Shown here piece by piece: positions 58,609 to 64,000 of a DNA stretch of 64,000 nt. Under the pieces are notes generated by a model. That model had not been told where the DNA came from. It ran no database searches and worked only from the letters and a program-made list of their open reading frames with translations. The position numbers were made by a program, and so were the translations under genes. Each line of letters opens with the position of its first letter. Position 1 is the first letter of the stretch. Location: assembly GCA_002633005.1 (NCBI GenBank), contig NMRA01000222.1:231517-295516 (forward strand), written 5' to 3'. This DNA is from Phoronis australis (lineage: Eukaryota; Animalia; Phoronida).

Positions 58609-59367
58609 TTAATTAGCTTTTAAGAAAAAACGGGTTAGTGGCAGTCTGGCTTAGGCGCGCTTATAGTGTTGAGGTAACAAAAGTCCAAATGTTAGAGTAC
58701 ATGCACAAGTTGTCTCGTGCTCAATGGCGTGTAACTACGCCAGCGCATTCTTTTTGGTAACGTAAATGACGATTAACAAAGGTCTTCTCTGCTATATCCC
58801 AAACTTTGATTCGGCGTTTCTTCAACAACGATCCTGCACTTATGGAATCGACTCCTATTCACCCTATGGCTGCATCTCTGACGGCAGTCCCTTCGTTCAG
58901 TCCTACCTAAAACAATTAATCCTTTACTGTAACCGTGTGCTTTTTGATCACGGTCCTTCGAAATGCACCACGATTCGGTAGAATTCACTACCCAAGTACT
59001 ATACCTCGATGGTCGCAGTCCTTCGTGACGCAAAATGTATCCCAACTACCCACAATAAACAAGAAGTAAAGTTTTAGGCAATGATCATTCTGTAAGTTGA
59101 CCTTTCCCAATTGCAAAATCCGCTTCATAACCTGCTACTAGAGGTCTCCTTTGCACTATTTCCTCACCAACTGAACACTATCAAATTCCATCTGGCAATG
59201 CAAGTTAAAGTTGCTAGTTAATTACAACAATTCTCACACATGGCGCTGACAAAAACACATGATTTTATACTATCACATCATTGGTTGTCGTCATGCCCTT
59301 GAACTGCCTACCTGAGGTCGTGTAGCGGTACCCTTGTCATGATCAGGGTCACAATGTAATAACAAAT

Positions 59368-59512
59368 CAGGGGCGGATACAGGATTTTAAGTTGGAGGGG
59401 CAAGGCTGAGGTTTAGCCAGGATTTTGCCATTCGCATCCCCGAACTGCCAAATGGAATCTGGGAGAATTTTAGGGGCGACATGGCCCCCTTGCCTCCCTA
59501 AGTCCGCCACCG
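59368..59512. mobile_element. MITE family B, inverted orientation
   Basis: CAGGGGCGGAT...TCCGCCACCG, flanks CAAAT/AAAAT. Confidence 0.8.
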
Positions 59513-60543
59513 AAAATGCCTTAAGTAACTTTCTCCAGTAAACAAATTGCTTGTCTTGGCTTGGCCCCACAACAGTACCGTACAGGATTCCACAGCGTTA
59601 TGACCCTATCTCTGGCCTGCGGTTCAATCAAAGACCTTAATTCTTTGCACAACTGTCTCGGACACCTGGAACTAAGGTTTTACTGACACACTCTATGGAG
59701 TTTCTCAAAAAACGAAGAAAAAGTGCGATTTTGGCCATTTTTAAATAAAATCACAAATTCACGACTGCTCCGTAGTGCAAGAAAGGAGACCATAATCCGA
59801 ATGCTCTTTCACTATAGATTCCAGAAATTTAGACTAAAATGTGTAATTACCAATCAGATTTTTGACAATTTCCACCTGTCTGAAGGGTACTTGGATTTAC
59901 GCCAAGAATTCGAGACTAAAAAAGGATGAGCTCTCAAAATGGCGGCACTTCCGTATCCTAGTAGATAAGAGCAGACTGAGCCTAAATTTCTGTTCAGAGC
60001 TAAGAATTGTGCATTTGCCGAATTTCGGTAGTTCCTGCCTTTTTAGTGGACTTTTATCTCGATTTCTACTTTTTTCATTTTTTTTGTTTATGTTTTACTG
60101 AGGCGGACCATTTTGTCCACTTCACCAAATGGGGGGCTCGAAAGCGTGCATGAGAACATGGCCGTCACGGATTACATGGCAATAGAACACTTCTTTGCCC
60201 GGGAGATAAGAAAGGCTGTTCCCTCGTTTTGGAAATCAGGTAAATTTTCATGATGGCTCTCATTGAGTGTCAGGAATGCGAAGAATTTCAGATCTCGCAT
60301 CCACGAGTATTTGTCCAGTTTATCAAACTTTTTCACGTCGGAGTTGCAGCCCGCAGTACATCAGTAATACTTCGTTGGCATGGGAAGGACGAATAGAGTA
60401 ACGTAACCAAGTAAAACTTGAAAAGAATCACTCCCCCATGTGAAACTCCAGTGGCACGAAAACGAGACAGCAAATGTGCCTAACGGATGTTTACGGCACT
60501 GCGGGTAAATACACCGAGACTCCTGTGTCGCGGTCCTATTTAA

Positions 60544-60906
60544 AGTGTACACAACATGACTCTAGTACCTCAAAATAAATTTTATTATTATATCTTACTT
60601 GATTTCAGTGCCTTTAGTGCACAGCTCATAAAGAAACACGCAAAAATTGAAAAAAATAATAATTATGTACAACGTCATGAGTTGAACCCAGGTCGTTCGC
60701 CATACCGTTCGGATCAGAGACAAAGTGTATAGAGTGAAGAGAATGCAAACTACATTGAGCGTCGAGAAGGTTCGTAGAGGGATCAAAAGATGTGTTTCCG
60801 GAGGCTGCAACAACAGCAGCCAGGCGGAAAACGTCTCGGTGTTCCGAAGGACACCAAAGTTGCGCAGAAGTGGCATGACTTCGTGCGCCGAACGAGAGTG
60901 TGGGAC
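60544..60906 (+). mobile_element. 5' end of a THAP-encoding Kolobok-type element, truncated by an assembly join
   Basis: Starts TTAA|AGTGTACAC. Contains a frameshifted THAP N-terminus KRCVSGGCNNS..ENVSVF/PKDTKVAQKWHDFVRRTR. Confidence 0.75.
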
Positions 60907-63900
60907 NAAACTCCAGTGGCACGAAAACGAGACAGCAAATGTGCCTAACGGATGTTTACGGCACTGCGGGTAAATACACCGAGATTCCTGTGTCGCGGTC
61001 CTATTTAAAGTACATAGACTGACAGAAACTAACCATTCCCACTGACCATAACATCTGCAATATATTTATTCAGACAACGTGTAACTGTAACTCTTCTTGC
61101 GTGACTTCCAGTGCACATAGTCCCCGGGCCCTGGGCTGTAACAGCTTTAAAATGAGTACCCTATCCTTCCAATGTTATTACTTGGCGTCATTTACGTAAC
61201 ACTATGTTCATCACACTTGTAAAGACGTTTGTTTGTTCGCATGCGACAAATTGCATTTCCGGTCTAATTGATATGAAACTTTCACACAACTTTCAACTTT
61301 TTAACGTCCAAAATAGCCCACTTCTTCACAATTACATTTAAGACTTGGCGGCCATTTTATTTTAACAAAAGTTTCATCAAATTCAGCACAAAATTGACAC
61401 GACAGAACAGCATGTGTGCTGCCATTACTTGAAGTATGTACCGCGTCCCATTCAAGGTGGTGCATACTGCGGCCTCGAGATACCCCAGTTCTTATCAAAA
61501 CACAATTCCTCATATAGAGATTGCAATATGCATGCATGATTTTCAGTTTCGATGTGTTTTAATTGCATGACAAGTGCACCTATTGTTTGCCATTCACACG
61601 AAATTTCCATTTATCATGGCGGTTATGGCCGCTATTTGTAGTTTTTAGATGGCCTGGACGCGCATTCTAACTAGACTGATCAAACATTACAAAAATGTTC
61701 TACGAATTCTTTAAGAATAATTAAACAAAATTTTCTCGCTCTCGTACGGAATTCAAATAATTATAATATTTTTAAGTAATAAAATTTGAATTTTAAAGTC
61801 AGTTGTTATAAAGACCAGTATTTTGCGCTTTGAGGACACGTTTTCGTTTCGTTCCTGAGATACATTATTTCTGAATGTTTTTGCTTATGTACAATGGAAT
61901 TAGAAACCAGGCAGACATCTACATCTACCGCGTGAGTATGGTAGTAACAGCGCTGTCGCCCTTTTAGGAAATTTGTTACGCGTGGATAGATATCGTCAAA
62001 AGGTATTACTAACAGTTGTCCTTCATTTGTTTTTCGTTGCGACCTACTCTTCGTAGTTTTTTTCGAAAGGGACCTACATTCATGTAAGCTTTTAAGAGTT
62101 ATGAAATTCGGAATCAGAGACCCAATTAATTGACTGCTGATTAATAGTTGCAGGTGCTCCCTGACCCATACTTTAAATGTTGGTTAAAGAGTGTTGCGTT
62201 TTGGTTTCAGTGCTCAGAAATTTATCGTACTCCTGTACAGGACTCCAACTGGAAGACGCCATTTTTTCACTGCACACGCCATTTTATTTTCGTGAACTTT
62301 TTCTAGTTCATTGATTTCTTTACTAAATTGCAACTAAATATTAATATATTTTTTAATATCATACACTTTACTTTCGATGTGTTTGTGGTGTTTCATTAAG
62401 TTCATATTTTACCAGAAGGAAGCTAATGGTGTACACCACTCACTTTCTTGTCTCCAAAAGTAGGTCATGGGCAGAAATGTTGAAGAGGCATGCGACACGA
62501 AAACTCGCAATAATTCCATGGTGGTGGCGAATCCACTTCTTGGGGATGCTAATGCGACAGTTGATCACTTTGAATATTGCAAGAATTTCTATAAAAAATC
62601 GTCAGATTAACTATTGAAAACTCTTCCATCCCAATACAGTTTTCAAATTCTCCGCCCCTAATATATGCGCGCACGCGCTCAAAAAAGTCGGACTGGCTGC
62701 GGCTTGCAATCTCCATTTCCACGGTCACATTTTCCGTACAAGTGAAGTGTGCTACTTCTGTATCTTGTCATACGAAACGTGTTTTGTTGTGTGGGAGAAA
62801 AGTCGACGAAGAGACGAGCGGTAGACTGATCGTGTTTTGGAAATTTGAAACTAAAGGAAAAATGCTTTGACATCAAGAGAAATTCAAAATCTTTACGAAC
62901 AAACAGTAAAAAATACCAGATGAAAAGTTTCACTTCCATCTCAGAGGCAGAGAACCACTTTAAATAATACCACTAATTCTGATTTTCACGTTCAATGCCA
63001 CTTAAAGCAAAGTTGTCGGTTTGGTATACTCACAAAAACAACCCATTTGGTGGTTATTCCTAATAAATAAATCAAAAGTTGCGACTTACGACCTAATTTT
63101 TTTCTTTAATAGAACACAGTCTCAGTTTAGTGCGTATGCTGATTGTTCGGGGGGCGCTTATCGAAGTCGAACCGAAAACAACAATTCCTCTAACGGAACC
63201 GACCGACTGTTCTGGACCGCAGTTATTTCGGGTAATCAGTGTAGCCCTAGCGAACACTGTGTAACAGTACTGCCGACCTTACCTTGAATGCTTGTGTTGA
63301 ATATGCATATCCTCTGTCATGGTAACCTGTCATCGGATTCTGTTGATAAATTGAGACACATCTTTAAGTATCAGTCCACGGATCCACCGACCACAGTACA
63401 GCCAACAAGCGGCAAGGTGGGGGGTCAACCATTCAGATCCATGTTTAGTCTGATAAATCACATTAGGGATGAGAGAAAATGAGTGAAGCATGACACCACA
63501 AAGTTTGGTGGTTTAGGAGATACAAGGGAAGTGTTCTGGGGGGCAAAATGAGGCCATTTTCTTGGTGTGGAATGAGTCATTTTTGACCAAATTTTCTACT
63601 CCAGTTTCTGCTTCAAACAGAATCGTTTCTGAACAATTTTGATATCACATGATAGGTTCATGACCAATGTCAGTAAAAACGGCACCGACACTGCAATATC
63701 GGTCACCATGGTAACACTGGAACTGTTTCCGTAAAGGTACGTTTCCGTCTTGTGAAAAACCAGCAGTAAGCTGTACCCTTATAGCGAAGCTGCCCCCACG
63801 AGAAAACTAAAAATAATAACATGGACATATAGAAGACTCCATGCCCTTGAAATTGATACAATAAAAACTTTGTCAGCCCTTCAGGCAGGCTTGGTAATAG

Positions 63901-64000
63901 GTGTCTGAATTTCACTATTTTCAGACCGCGTATGTGTATTCGTCATGTTAAACCAGTCACTAGTTGTGCGCCGTCTCTACGCATTAATATGCCGTGGTAT

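Overview
This is AT-rich animal genomic DNA from a draft assembly: one 137-N gap plus five single-N joins, four of them flanked by duplicated, haplotype-like sequence. It is most consistent with an invertebrate bilaterian; a marine lophotrochozoan is a guess. Two protein-coding genes are supported. (1) An ovo/shavenbaby (OVOL) C2H2 transcription factor on +, which I reconstructed as five phase-compatible exons (18220-18325, 31829-32208, 32639-32741, 33458-33637, 35903-36249; 371 aa). It has an N-terminal SNAG exon, the NGGxGIKNPL motif and four zinc fingers. (2) A convergent single-coding-exon DUF229 (alkaline-phosphatase/sulfatase-fold) gene on -. The rest is intron or intergenic DNA full of non-autonomous DNA transposons: TTAA-flanked Kolobok-type elements with THAP remnants, hAT MITEs with 8-bp and 5-bp TSDs, and hairpin elements. 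There are also microsatellites and a Penelope-type hammerhead relic. The most notable observations are about 22 TACATGTA octamers, three of which paralog comparison shows to be TA-to-TACATGTA insertions (transposon-excision-footprint-like); a duplicated, in-phase, SNAG-less candidate first exon of ovo; Ovo sites at the ovo promoter; a triplicated enhancer-like module; complementary ATC/GAY tracts in intron 1; and two apparently heterozygous Kolobok insertions. Most short ORFs in the track are noise.
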